A stretch of 64,000 bases of DNA. Origin: Verrucomicrobiota bacterium. GTDB lineage: Bacteria > Verrucomicrobiota > Verrucomicrobiia > Limisphaerales > UBA1096. The notes beneath the pieces were generated by a model. It had not been told where the DNA came from and did not search any database. It worked only from the letters and a program-made list of their open reading frames with translations. Positions 33,560 through 42,944 of this stretch are shown piece by piece. Made by a program: the position numbers and the translations under genes. Where the stretch lies: contig JASMKO010000019.1 in NCBI GenBank assembly GCA_030749225.1, forward strand, positions 140 to 64,139, written 5' to 3'. How positions within the stretch are numbered: position 1 is the first letter of the stretch; the number at the start of each line of letters is the position of its first letter.

Positions 33560-36500
33560 TTAGTTGGCTTTTTTCAAAAATTCGATTAAATCCGCGAAAT
33601 TCTGTTGCGTTAAACCCACCTCCAAGCCATTTGGCATCAGTGATTGATCCAAGCTATATAACGACTCAATTTGGTTTCGGTTGATCGACTGATCCCCTAC
33701 TCCCGGTACTTTAATCTGCAAACTTTCACCAGATTCAGAGCCAATGATGCCCACCAACACCCGACCGTCTTTGAATTCTGCGGTATAGGCAATGTACTTG
33801 GGATCTACTTGACGTGACGGATCAATGACAGAGGCAAGCAGACCCTCACCAGAGCGATCCGTGATTGATCGCAGATCTGGCCCGAGTTGCTTGTCTGGCG
33901 CGTGACACTCGGCACAAAGCTTAGTATAAAACAATAGGCCCGCTTCACTGTTACCTTTCAAGTTTAGTGCAGGCAAAAACTTAGCCACTGCTTCAGCACG
34001 ATCAGGAGAAACTACGTTATCAAAAATGCGCTTGGCCCGCTTCGCTATTGGCTTGCTCCCACTCTTCAACAAACGATCCCGATGAACAGGTGAAAATCCG
34101 TTTGAGGAAATGCGCTTAGACTCTAGTGCATCAATCAGCTCACCTTGCCATGCCGGACGACTAAGCAACACATCCAACGCTTTGCCTCGCTCGTTCGGGT
34201 TTAAGCTTGGCCAAGCGCCAAGCAACATCTTGGCCGACTTAAGCTTTGGTATGTTTCCTACTGCCGCGATCGCATCGTAACGAACAGCCGGATTTTCTAC
34301 TGGTTGAATCAACACAGCCAGGGCAGATACCACCCCATTGTGCAACACACCTCCGCGACTGAGCACTTCGATCGCCTGAATCCTCAGCGGCAAAATTTCA
34401 TCCATGTCGAGTGCTACTTGTCGTGCATTTTTTAGAATGGCTTTCAGCTTGCCTGTTTGTCTTGGAAAGCCGGCTTCGTCCAGCCTAGACAAGTTCACCC
34501 CGGCTTGTCCAAGCGCAATCATCCAAAGCTTGGCCAAATGAAATCTGTCGGCCAAGTTGGCCTTTTCCCAAACGGAATCTAGTTTTTTACTGAGTGCGGC
34601 TTGGTTTTTTTTAATGCCCATTCTCATTAATTCTTCAAAAAACGTTCCGTGCAATGACGACGACGTAAGCAACTGATCGTAATGAGCTGGTGCTGAGCTC
34701 AGGAGAGCCGCTTTCACATATGGAAAATTACTTTCTTCGAAACCTCCGGAAATAAATCGTGCCAGTGAATTGCTAATTTTTTGCTCTGTAAAATGCCCCG
34801 CACTAAACAGCTGCTGGAGTAAGACTTTGTACTCCCCGCCATTCTCTTTTTGGACAGGTGCAAAATCAAAAAACGAAGCCAAATATTTCCCTCCGTTGGG
34901 GATTTTTTCAGACAAACGGAATGCCAAGCGTTGCACGTAGGGATGCTTGTCAGTCAATGCTTGGCCAAGCGTATCGATATCCAGCTTCCCCAGGCCGTCC
35001 AAGGCGGCCAAGGCATGCAATCTGGCCTGTGGAAACTCCGATTGGCTTAGCAGTTGCCTGAGTTGGTTCGCAACCGAACCATCACTTGATTCCACAATCA
35101 ACCGATGCGCCAAGTCGCGAACCGTGCCATTAACCGAAGAAAGATTATCAATCAACTCTGCTGGTTTCTTTTCACTCAACTTGGCCATAGTTCGAAGTGA
35201 CCTACCCTTTGGAACGATACGGTAAATTCGTCCATATGCATCTCCACTGCGGTAGTTTGGACGCAGCTCATCCTGGCCGTTTTTCGGCAACCACTGCGGA
35301 TGCTCGATCATGTATCGGTACATGTCAGCAATCCAAAGCGCACCATCTGGACCGGTACGAGTAAATACAGGGCGACTCCACCGATCCGCCGAGGCATAAA
35401 AATCCTTATCTCCATCGTTGGCGCGCTTGCCGTCGAAAGAAGCCAATTTATCTAGAAGCAATGAATGTTGAACAACGTTGTGAAACGGTTCACAGGTAAA
35501 GGCATGTGTCATGCCATCATCACCGAACAATAATGTATCCCTGTAAATGGATGGACCACAGGCCGAGGTGTAACGTCCACTTTGTTCAAAGCTATGGAAG
35601 CGTTTTTGCGGTGATTTATTCGGGTATACTTTCGGATTGCGGGGTGTACGTATCTGATGACGTGAATCGGGATAAGTCACATCGCTGTTTCGACGGAGAT
35701 AGCGCGCCGGTAAAACATAGTGCCAAAGAGGATGACTGTTTTGCACTCCAAACCAGTTACCCCAATCGTCCCGAACACGACCGAACTGTGATGGTCCAGA
35801 TGTGGCCTCGATCCATCCAGTGCCAGGATTGAATCTAAAATCACCACTTTGGATCGCGACTGATTTGCCACTAATCATCGACTTGATGCTGTTGGCTCCA
35901 CCGTAGCCCCTTACATGGGCACCCGAGGCACAGTGCACGGTATTGTCCAGCCCCCAGTAAAGTCCATTGATGCGAAGCTGTTGGTTGCCTTCGTGAAATC
36001 CTTCAAACAACGTCCGTTGAATGTCGGCCCTGCCATCGCTGTCCATGTCCTCCGCATAGAGCAACACCGGTGCAGCGGCCACGAGCACTCCCTTGCGCCA
36101 CGGCATCACCCCAGCCGGAAACGACAGTCCGTCTAGAAACACGGTTGATTTGTCATAGCGACCGTCACCGTCGCTGTCGGTCACCAAGCGTATCCTCCCC
36201 CCATATTTGCCTTTATTGTCGATCCCCATTGGGTAATCGGCCATCTCTGCCACCCAAAGTTCCCCATCCGCCCCCCAATCGAACGCAACTGGATCGAGTA
36301 CTAGTGGCTCGGCCAAGACCAACTGCAATTCGAAACCCTCCGCCACATGCGTTAGCGCCATGGACTCCTTTGGCGTAAGCGGCTTTACTTCGACGCTTGC
36401 CTGTTTTTGTTTGCGAGGATTGGTCGCACTGAAATGTTTCTGAATTTCTCCCTCCGTCAATGCACGACTGAAAAATGCAATCTCGTCCAATTTACCTCCA

Positions 36501-38497
36501 AATTCCATTAACCCATCTTTCGATCCCCCGAAGATGAGTTTCATTATGTCTGAGGTGTTGTTTTGTTTTGGTTCTCTTCTTTCATCGAGATGTCTCTTAC
36601 CGTTGACCCAAAGTTGATAATTGTCAGGACGGCCAACCAAGACGATATGGTGCCAATGCCTCGGCGAAACGGTAGCTCTTCCTTTCCTTCCAGGGATGAC
36701 CGACAAAACCCGTTCCTCAATATTGGTCATATTTAAGATGCGTAGATTCAATCCTCCTAAATCCGCCACGCATATGTCTTGCCCTTGTTGCGATTTGATC
36801 GCCCCGTTCCAGAGCCAAAACTCTACAGTGAATGCCTCGGCCGCCGGCACCTCAGCAACTACTCGCCCCCCAGCAAAATGCGCCGCACGTGAGGTATGAT
36901 CCTCCTCAACCGCAGGATGCCGATATCCGGGCAAATAAAACGCGACTCCCGGTTCATATCCAGCATCGTGGTTGTTGCCCGTGGCATCAACAGCGGTTGG
37001 CCCGGACTGCTCGCCCAAGCGCCAATACGCAACCGGCTCGGATGCCATTACTGCCCGGGCATACGGCGATAACGGTTCGGTGTATTTCTTTTGGACTTGG
37101 CCGGATGCTCGTTCCAACAGCTTGAGGCAAGACTCGACGATGCGCGGCTCGGCATTGACTTCGAGCCCGGCGGTACGCGCCGGCCAGGTGGTGTAACCGC
37201 CAAGCGCATGCTGCTCAGGTGGCGGGATATAGCCGCTCGCTCCGTTAGCGAGACCGATGTTAAAGGTCAACGGGAGCGGGCTGGCCGACTTGAGTTTAAG
37301 GCCGGTCAATGCATAAACCTCGCACGGGATTGCCATAATCCCAAGATCGCCTATGCGGATCGCCTGGAGCGGCACCTCTTCCACTGGGTTTTCGTGTATC
37401 CAAAGCGCCTGCTCGGCATAAACCTCAGGACGGTTGCGGGGGCGGCTTCCGTCCATTTTGAAAAGCAACTCACGGGCCCACTGGAGGCGATCTTTATCCG
37501 GAGTGCGCCTGAAAAATTCTGATCGGGCCTCGGCCATCCCCAGAGGCACGTCCGTCGAGTAATTAAGTTTGGGCAAGCGGTTCGCCACCATCTCCACAAG
37601 TTGATCTGTATACTCCTGCATCGACCAGCCTCGGCGCTTTTCGCGACTGTAATCGCCCCACCACAGATCGCCACTGGTGCCCTGCGACATGATGCCGACA
37701 AACTCCGCGTCGCCGGGGGCCAACCGCTTGGCCAAGCTCTCCGAGAAGAGCCCTGCGTAATCAGCCGAGACACCCGGGTGACCGCTGAAGTAGTGCATTG
37801 AAAAATTGGCGAGCACTGACAGTGGCCGACCGTCAGCGGTCTGCACGCTCAAAAAACTCAGCCACGGATCAGGTGGGCCCGTGGGACCAACAGCGTTTTC
37901 GTTAACATGACCGGGGTGCATGTTGGCACGCACGGTCTCGTCGCCGAACGGATCGGCCAGTTCGCTCCCCTTGAGGAACGACCATCGGCGACAGGCGGTG
38001 AATTCGGCGGCGTCCACCCGATCCCACGCCGCCCTCGCAGGTTGAAGTCCGGCATTGGCGGCGACAATGACCTCGACCAGTTTGCCCGGCAGAAACGCCC
38101 GGTAGCGGGGATCGAGTCGGCTGCCGAGACAATAATTCATGGCACTTGGTGCGCTGTGCGAGTGTGTCGCTGAAATTAAGATGCGATCGAATGGAATACC
38201 AGTCTTCCCTGAAGCCGTGCGCTTGACCTCGTCGCACAAGTCGCGCGGCAGCATGCAACTGTCCACCACCATGATGGCTAGACGTATCACACGATCATCA
38301 AGCACAAGACATCGTGCGTGCAGCCGATCGATCACCTTGTTGTCGCTCGCCTCAAGGAAGCCGCCGTTTCGAATTACCGGCAAAATCTGCGGCGTAACAT
38401 CCACCTTGCACGCGCCGGCCCGAAACTTCGCCTGCGCCTTGGTTGGCAACCAACCCACAACCAACATCAAGGCAGACAGGATAATAGTGATTTTCAT
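33560..38497 (-). CDS. giant secreted multidomain protein: ceramidase-like N-domain, LamG domain, PVC-type putative dehydrogenase beta-propeller, HEAT-like repeats, C-terminal CxxCH cytochrome c domain
   Basis: The signal peptide is MKITIILSALMLVVGWLPTKAQA. LHARCLVLDD...AIMVVDSCML...ILISATHSHSAPS resembles neutral/alkaline ceramidase N-terminal domains. LDEIAFFSRALTEGEI is a LamG-type tail. FELQLVLAEPLVLDPVAFDWGADGELWVAEMADYP...DSDGDGRYD matches the Pirellula/Verrucomicrobium dehydrogenase domain (TIGR02604-like). CAECHAP...SLMPNGL matches the TIGR02603-like heme domain. Confidence 0.8.
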   Translation of the reverse strand: MKITIILSALMLVVGWLPTKAQAKFRAGACKVDVTPQILPVIRNGGFLEASDNKVIDRLHARCLVLDDRVIRLAIMVVDSCMLPRDLCDEVKRTASGKTGIPFDRILISATHSHSAPSAMNYCLGSRLDPRYRAFLPGKLVEVIVAANAGLQPARAAWDRVDAAEFTACRRWSFLKGSELADPFGDETVRANMHPGHVNENAVGPTGPPDPWLSFLSVQTADGRPLSVLANFSMHYFSGHPGVSADYAGLFSESLAKRLAPGDAEFVGIMSQGTSGDLWWGDYSREKRRGWSMQEYTDQLVEMVANRLPKLNYSTDVPLGMAEARSEFFRRTPDKDRLQWARELLFKMDGSRPRNRPEVYAEQALWIHENPVEEVPLQAIRIGDLGIMAIPCEVYALTGLKLKSASPLPLTFNIGLANGASGYIPPPEQHALGGYTTWPARTAGLEVNAEPRIVESCLKLLERASGQVQKKYTEPLSPYARAVMASEPVAYWRLGEQSGPTAVDATGNNHDAGYEPGVAFYLPGYRHPAVEEDHTSRAAHFAGGRVVAEVPAAEAFTVEFWLWNGAIKSQQGQDICVADLGGLNLRILNMTNIEERVLSVIPGRKGRATVSPRHWHHIVLVGRPDNYQLWVNGKRHLDERREPKQNNTSDIMKLIFGGSKDGLMEFGGKLDEIAFFSRALTEGEIQKHFSATNPRKQKQASVEVKPLTPKESMALTHVAEGFELQLVLAEPLVLDPVAFDWGADGELWVAEMADYPMGIDNKGKYGGRIRLVTDSDGDGRYDKSTVFLDGLSFPAGVMPWRKGVLVAAAPVLLYAEDMDSDGRADIQRTLFEGFHEGNQQLRINGLYWGLDNTVHCASGAHVRGYGGANSIKSMISGKSVAIQSGDFRFNPGTGWIEATSGPSQFGRVRDDWGNWFGVQNSHPLWHYVLPARYLRRNSDVTYPDSRHQIRTPRNPKVYPNKSPQKRFHSFEQSGRYTSACGPSIYRDTLLFGDDGMTHAFTCEPFHNVVQHSLLLDKLASFDGKRANDGDKDFYASADRWSRPVFTRTGPDGALWIADMYRYMIEHPQWLPKNGQDELRPNYRSGDAYGRIYRIVPKGRSLRTMAKLSEKKPAELIDNLSSVNGTVRDLAHRLIVESSDGSVANQLRQLLSQSEFPQARLHALAALDGLGKLDIDTLGQALTDKHPYVQRLAFRLSEKIPNGGKYLASFFDFAPVQKENGGEYKVLLQQLFSAGHFTEQKISNSLARFISGGFEESNFPYVKAALLSSAPAHYDQLLTSSSLHGTFFEELMRMGIKKNQAALSKKLDSVWEKANLADRFHLAKLWMIALGQAGVNLSRLDEAGFPRQTGKLKAILKNARQVALDMDEILPLRIQAIEVLSRGGVLHNGVVSALAVLIQPVENPAVRYDAIAAVGNIPKLKSAKMLLGAWPSLNPNERGKALDVLLSRPAWQGELIDALESKRISSNGFSPVHRDRLLKSGSKPIAKRAKRIFDNVVSPDRAEAVAKFLPALNLKGNSEAGLLFYTKLCAECHAPDKQLGPDLRSITDRSGEGLLASVIDPSRQVDPKYIAYTAEFKDGRVLVGIIGSESGESLQIKVPGVGDQSINRNQIESLYSLDQSLMPNGLEVGLTQQNFADLIEFLKKAN

Positions 38498-38498
38498 G

Positions 38499-41400
38499 TT
38501 AGTTTGGATTTGAAATAAACGCCAGTAGGTCTGCCATCTCAGTCACATTCAAGCCAGCCTCCAGGCCTTCCGGCATGAGAGATCGTCCTGTGTTAATCAA
38601 ACTGGAGATATCCGCCCGAAGAATAATCTGCTGTTTGCCATCGACCCCACGCAGTGTAAAGCCATTGGCTGACTCATCGGCAATCATCCCCGCCAAGGTG
38701 CCGCCATTTTTTAACTGGACCGAGTAGGCGGTGTATTGCTCAGACACATCACGGTTCGGATCAATCGTTCCGAGCAGCAGTGACTGCGGCGACTTGTCAG
38801 TCAGCGACGCCAAGTCTGGGCCAACCGAGTTACCAATCCCTCCCAACTTATGGCACGCAGAACAGCGCGACTGAAAAATCATGCGTCCCTTGTCAGCATT
38901 CCCGTTCAATGTCGTGATATCTGCAAATTGTTTCAAAACATCCGCCCGATTCGCCGCGACGACGGGTTGTAAATTGGCCGGGTTGTTTTTCCGAACGACT
39001 TCGGGCTTGGCAATAACGCGCTTGGCAATCTGCTCAACTTGTTTCACCACAACATCAGGCATGGACGACACGCCAAGCACCGATTTTTCAAACACCGCGA
39101 TATGCGGTAGGCTGGAACTCAGGATGGCAGCGACCTGATATGGATCGGTGTTATCTCGGTGCAACAACTCGATCAAGGCTTCGCCAGCAGCAGGATCGGG
39201 CGACTGACCAAGCGAATAGGCAAGTTGTTGACGTACAAATGGATCGGGATCATCAGCCAGCTTGGTCAAGCGGTCGATCCAATCAGGATCATTTACCCCA
39301 CCCCGCTCTGCTAACCGAATAGCATGACGCCGAACCGCCGGATGAGAATCACTTAACGCCTTCTCCATGTCGCGCTTGGTCAAGCTGCCCAATCCCTCCA
39401 GTGCCGCCAAGGATTGGACACGCGTTTGCGATTGGCCGCCAGATCGAGCCAAACGCCGTAGTTCACGAGCAGCCGTCTGATCCTCTGTCCATCGAATCTG
39501 CTGGTGCGCCAGTTCGCGGAGCGTTCCGTTGGGCGACTCAAGAGCCTTGGCCAAGTATTTACCGCTTAATCGGGTCAAGTCGGGAATAAGTCTCGGTTTT
39601 TTTCCAATCGGCAGCACTCGGTAAATGCGGCCGCGGTTGCTACCGGCCCGGGAGTCGATTCCGGACAGGCGTCCTGGCTGAATCCAACGCGGGTGCTCGA
39701 CCAGAAAGCGATACATGTCCACCACCCAGAGACCGCCGTCTGGCCCAGTTCGAATCTCAACCGGACGGAACCAATTGTCCGTGGACGCCAGAAATTCCGG
39801 CGAAGCCTTTCCCTCCGGGCGATACGCGGAAAAAGTAACCCCCTTTGGCTTTAACTTCAGACGTCGAACGAGGTTGTGCACTGGCTCGCAAACGAAAGCG
39901 TCGCCGTAAAGCTCGTTGCCCAGCAGTGTGTCGCGATACAAGCCCAAGCCGCAGGCAGAAGTCACCCTGTTGATGTGGCTTGGGTCGTTGAAACGTTTCA
40001 GAGGCTGGCTGATCGGAAATACGCGGTTGGCATCCGCGTAACTGGCTGCAACCACGCTCGGGTTGGGCGGTGAAAAGTGTGGGTTCCGACGCAGGTAATG
40101 GTCGACCAACGGATAGTGACGCAGAAGCGTCCCATTGTCGCAGCCGAACCAGTTGCCCCAGTCGTCGCACACGCGCCCGTGCTGGGTCAACCCGGCCAAC
40201 GTCTCGAACGCACCGGTGTCCAGGTTGAACCTGAAGTCACGGCCACGAATATCCACCGACTGACCGCCGGTGAAACCGACGATCTGACCGCCAATGAGGC
40301 CATTCGAGCCGTGCACCCAGCCGTCCAGCCCGTAGGCCAGACTGTTAACGCGCGCCTGATAATTGGTGGTGGCGAAGCCAGAAAACAGAGTGCGCCGGAC
40401 ATCCGCTCGGCCGTCTCCATCAGTATCCTCGGCGTAAAGAATATCAGGAGCGGTACAAACCAAAACACCTTTACGCCATGGTGTGACGCCAGTCGGGAAC
40501 GGCAGACCTTCAAGGAATACCGTTCGCTTGTCGGGAAAACCATCGCGGTCTGTGTCGTCTAAAAAAACGATCCTTCCGCCGGGTTCGTAGCCGCCGTGGA
40601 GGCCCAGCGGATAATCGTGCATCTCAACGACCCATGTGCGGCCGTCCGGGCCAAAGTGGATTGAGACTGGATCGATGACAAGCGGTTCGGAAGCAACCAA
40701 TTCGACTCGCAGACCGGGGTGAATGCGAATCGAACGCAGCGACGCACCAGGCGATTGTGGATTGGTTCCCTCCGTGCCTTTTTTAGACTGAAATGTCGCG
40801 GGTAACTGGCGGTGAATCTCGCTGACGATTTTATCCTCGAGACCGGCAGCCAGTTTTGTCGGGCGATCGTAATAAACCATCGCGCCGACGCCCTCGTAGC
40901 CGCCCTCTCGGAGAATCCGCTCGGAAGGGATGTAGCACGGCGCGTCATTGGCGTAGGCGTTGACCCAAAGCCGCGCGCAGTCGAACTCTCGCTTGAGTCG
41001 CAGCGAGTAATCGACCACCACCTCACCCGGCAGGAAGATCATCGCCAGTTCGCCGCCGAAGCACCATGTCTGGATGGGATAATCAAACTGTGTTTGCAGC
41101 GCCTCGTTCCGGGCGAGTCGGGTGAGTTGCACCCGGGCATGGTAGCCGACAGCGTCCGCGCGCCTGGCCAAACGCTCCCACTCCGCCTTGGGGGGCAGCT
41201 TGCCAAAAGCAAGTTCAACTTGGCCAAGGGTTGTTTTTAGACTACCCGCGAGCGGCGTCATCCCGTCCTTGAGTCGGCGGGCGATTTCGTCGGCGATCTG
41301 CCGGCCCTGTGCCGACGCAGCATCAATGTTGTCACCGGTAACGCCGGTGTCAGGGTTTTGATCCGCGCCGCAGCCAATGGAAACCATGGCCACTGCGCCA

Positions 41401-42122
41401 GGATGATTTTTCTGCAGCCACTCCTGCGCATAGCCGGCCCAGTCCCCGCTAATCTTGTTGTTCGAGAGGGTTACACAATGGCAGGCGTAGCTGGTATAAA
41501 TAGCGCGGATGCCGCCTTTAGCCGTACGGGCGATGAGCACCGGTAAATCGTGATCGACCGGACCATCCTTTGCACGACGGTTCTTGGCAAAACCAACCTG
41601 CCCCGCGCTACCCGGGCTCCACTCGAGTCGACCCGGTTGTAAATCGTCCAATGCCTCAAGCGCGGCCCGTTCAATCCAGGCAGTCAACTTTTCCGTGTAG
41701 CGATCGATGCGACTCTGGTGCGCAACCGGTATCGACCGGCCGAACAGGGTAGGCGTCACGCCCGATAACATCGGCGCGGTATGGGTATGCGTAGCAGTGA
41801 CAGCAAAACGTTCCGGAGCCAGGCCGGTTTGTTCCTTAAGACGCCCCGCCACAGTCTTCACCATCGGCCACGGCACACCAAGATTGTCGACGGTGACGAG
41901 CACCGCCGGACCAACTTCGCCATCGTCAACCGCCAGTGCCTTGGCCCAGATTTTCTGGGTGACCCCCTCCGACTCGGCACGGCGAAAGCCGAACCCGCTC
42001 AACCGCACCGGGAACTCGGGCGTGACATCTACCGACGATGCCCCGATGCTCCACTCCGCGTGGGTTTCAGCGGGCACAAACGCGGCAAGTAGCAGAGCAA
42101 CGACGAACGGAAATGGTCTCAT
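38499..42122 (-). CDS. giant secreted paralog: ceramidase-like N-domain, PVC-type putative dehydrogenase domain, HEAT-like repeats, CxxCH cytochrome c domain (no LamG insert)
   Basis: The signal peptide is MRPFPFVVALLLAAFVPAETHA (ATG 42122 preferred over TTG 42161). Matching blocks are IWAKALAVDDG...LVTVDNLG...FAVTATHTHTAPM, VELVASEPLVIDPVSIHFGPDGRTWVVEMHDYP...DTDRDGFPD and CSACHKLGGIGNSVGPDL...SLMPEGL. Its stop is 1 nt from the start of the next gene (TAAcATG). Confidence 0.8.
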   Translation of the reverse strand: MRPFPFVVALLLAAFVPAETHAEWSIGASSVDVTPEFPVRLSGFGFRRAESEGVTQKIWAKALAVDDGEVGPAVLVTVDNLGVPWPMVKTVAGRLKEQTGLAPERFAVTATHTHTAPMLSGVTPTLFGRSIPVAHQSRIDRYTEKLTAWIERAALEALDDLQPGRLEWSPGSAGQVGFAKNRRAKDGPVDHDLPVLIARTAKGGIRAIYTSYACHCVTLSNNKISGDWAGYAQEWLQKNHPGAVAMVSIGCGADQNPDTGVTGDNIDAASAQGRQIADEIARRLKDGMTPLAGSLKTTLGQVELAFGKLPPKAEWERLARRADAVGYHARVQLTRLARNEALQTQFDYPIQTWCFGGELAMIFLPGEVVVDYSLRLKREFDCARLWVNAYANDAPCYIPSERILREGGYEGVGAMVYYDRPTKLAAGLEDKIVSEIHRQLPATFQSKKGTEGTNPQSPGASLRSIRIHPGLRVELVASEPLVIDPVSIHFGPDGRTWVVEMHDYPLGLHGGYEPGGRIVFLDDTDRDGFPDKRTVFLEGLPFPTGVTPWRKGVLVCTAPDILYAEDTDGDGRADVRRTLFSGFATTNYQARVNSLAYGLDGWVHGSNGLIGGQIVGFTGGQSVDIRGRDFRFNLDTGAFETLAGLTQHGRVCDDWGNWFGCDNGTLLRHYPLVDHYLRRNPHFSPPNPSVVAASYADANRVFPISQPLKRFNDPSHINRVTSACGLGLYRDTLLGNELYGDAFVCEPVHNLVRRLKLKPKGVTFSAYRPEGKASPEFLASTDNWFRPVEIRTGPDGGLWVVDMYRFLVEHPRWIQPGRLSGIDSRAGSNRGRIYRVLPIGKKPRLIPDLTRLSGKYLAKALESPNGTLRELAHQQIRWTEDQTAARELRRLARSGGQSQTRVQSLAALEGLGSLTKRDMEKALSDSHPAVRRHAIRLAERGGVNDPDWIDRLTKLADDPDPFVRQQLAYSLGQSPDPAAGEALIELLHRDNTDPYQVAAILSSSLPHIAVFEKSVLGVSSMPDVVVKQVEQIAKRVIAKPEVVRKNNPANLQPVVAANRADVLKQFADITTLNGNADKGRMIFQSRCSACHKLGGIGNSVGPDLASLTDKSPQSLLLGTIDPNRDVSEQYTAYSVQLKNGGTLAGMIADESANGFTLRGVDGKQQIILRADISSLINTGRSLMPEGLEAGLNVTEMADLLAFISNPN

Positions 42123-42166
42123 GCAGTGGCGGCAGTATGGCCTTGCGGACACCGGGCGCAAGCCGC

Positions 42167-42180
42167 CGCTTGGCCAAGCG
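42167..42180. repeat. complete 14-bp form of the hyper-abundant palindrome (CGCTTGGCCAAGCG) in a divergent intergenic region
   Basis: This is an exact self-complementary 14-mer. It lies about 45 nt upstream of the 42122 start and about 110 nt upstream of the 42289 start. Confidence 0.8.
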
Positions 42181-42288
42181 CGGCAAATTTGGGAGAAAGC
42201 CGCTTTTGGGATTGACCGCAGCCAAGCGCCGGGGCTAATTTAAATGCGCTTTCCACTTGTGGATTAAACCAAAAACGAAACAGAAAAA

Positions 42289-42729
42289 ATGAGTGATAAA
42301 ATTGTTCCCCTAATCAGTTCCGGAACCAAAGGTCCACTGGGTGTGCTGCACCTGCCCCGCCTTTGGCAGAAAGTATCCCTTGAGGCTGCCGGCAAAATCG
42401 CCGATGGCTACCCGGGCATCGGTGCCGGCTACGACGCAATGGTTATAGCTGGGCTCGGACTCGACACCGACGCGGTTCGTGCCCACATCACCAACGACAA
42501 GCCGACCTACCCACAATTTGAGGCGTGGATTCAGGCTCAGGAAGGTGCTAAGTTGGACGCCGACTCCATCAGCACTCTGAACGACTCGATCACCGGCTAC
42601 AACCATGACGACGCCACGCGGCAGGGCATCCTGAGTGCCAACGGCCTCCCGGACGGCGACCCGAAAGACGCCATCAACCTGAATAATCTGGATGACTGGC
42701 TAGAATTTCACGCAGCCGAAATCGCCTAA
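42289..42729 (+). CDS. conserved-looking hypothetical protein (146 aa, soluble)
   Basis: The ATG start is clean, coding bias is strong and a strong terminator follows. No family is recognised with confidence (LHLPRLWQKVSLEAAGK..., PTYPQFEAWIQ). Confidence 0.6.
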   Translation: MSDKIVPLISSGTKGPLGVLHLPRLWQKVSLEAAGKIADGYPGIGAGYDAMVIAGLGLDTDAVRAHITNDKPTYPQFEAWIQAQEGAKLDADSISTLNDSITGYNHDDATRQGILSANGLPDGDPKDAINLNNLDDWLEFHAAEIA

Positions 42730-42749
42730 TTCCAGCATTTTCAAACAAA

Positions 42750-42778
42750 CCGCAGCCCGCAAACGGCTGCGGTTTTTT
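42750..42778 (+). terminator. intrinsic terminator
   Basis: ccgcagcc-cgcaaac-ggctgcgg is followed by TTTTTT. Confidence 0.85.
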
Positions 42779-42850
42779 GTTCTAATCGCTTCGCCAATCG
42801 TGAAAATAGGGGTTGTGTTGTCCTCGCCCGGCCGATAGTTTGCCCTCGTT

Positions 42851-42944
42851 CCAGGTCAAGATTTGGTCCGGAGCATGCAGACTCAACCCAAAACAGTTCC
42901 CGGTCAGGATTTGACCCGGAGTTTAGCCTGAACCCAAAATAGTT
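42851..42944 (+). repeat. two tandem imperfect ~46-48 bp repeats ending exactly at the start codon of the next gene
   Basis: Unit 1 (42851-42898) is ccaggtcaagatttggtccggagcatgcagactcaacccaaaacagtt. Unit 2 (42899-42944) is cccggtcaggatttgacccggagtttagcctgaacccaaaatagtt. Each unit has an internal short hairpin (ggtca..tgacc). Confidence 0.7.

Noticed and set aside
31157-36900. The low-GC patches (31.2-36.9 kb, 53.6-55.0 kb, and the somewhat AT-richer amtB) as bounded mobile genetic elements.
   Set aside because: No integrase, transposase, tRNA target or flanking direct repeats are visible. They are reported only as compositional anomalies, not as mobile elements.
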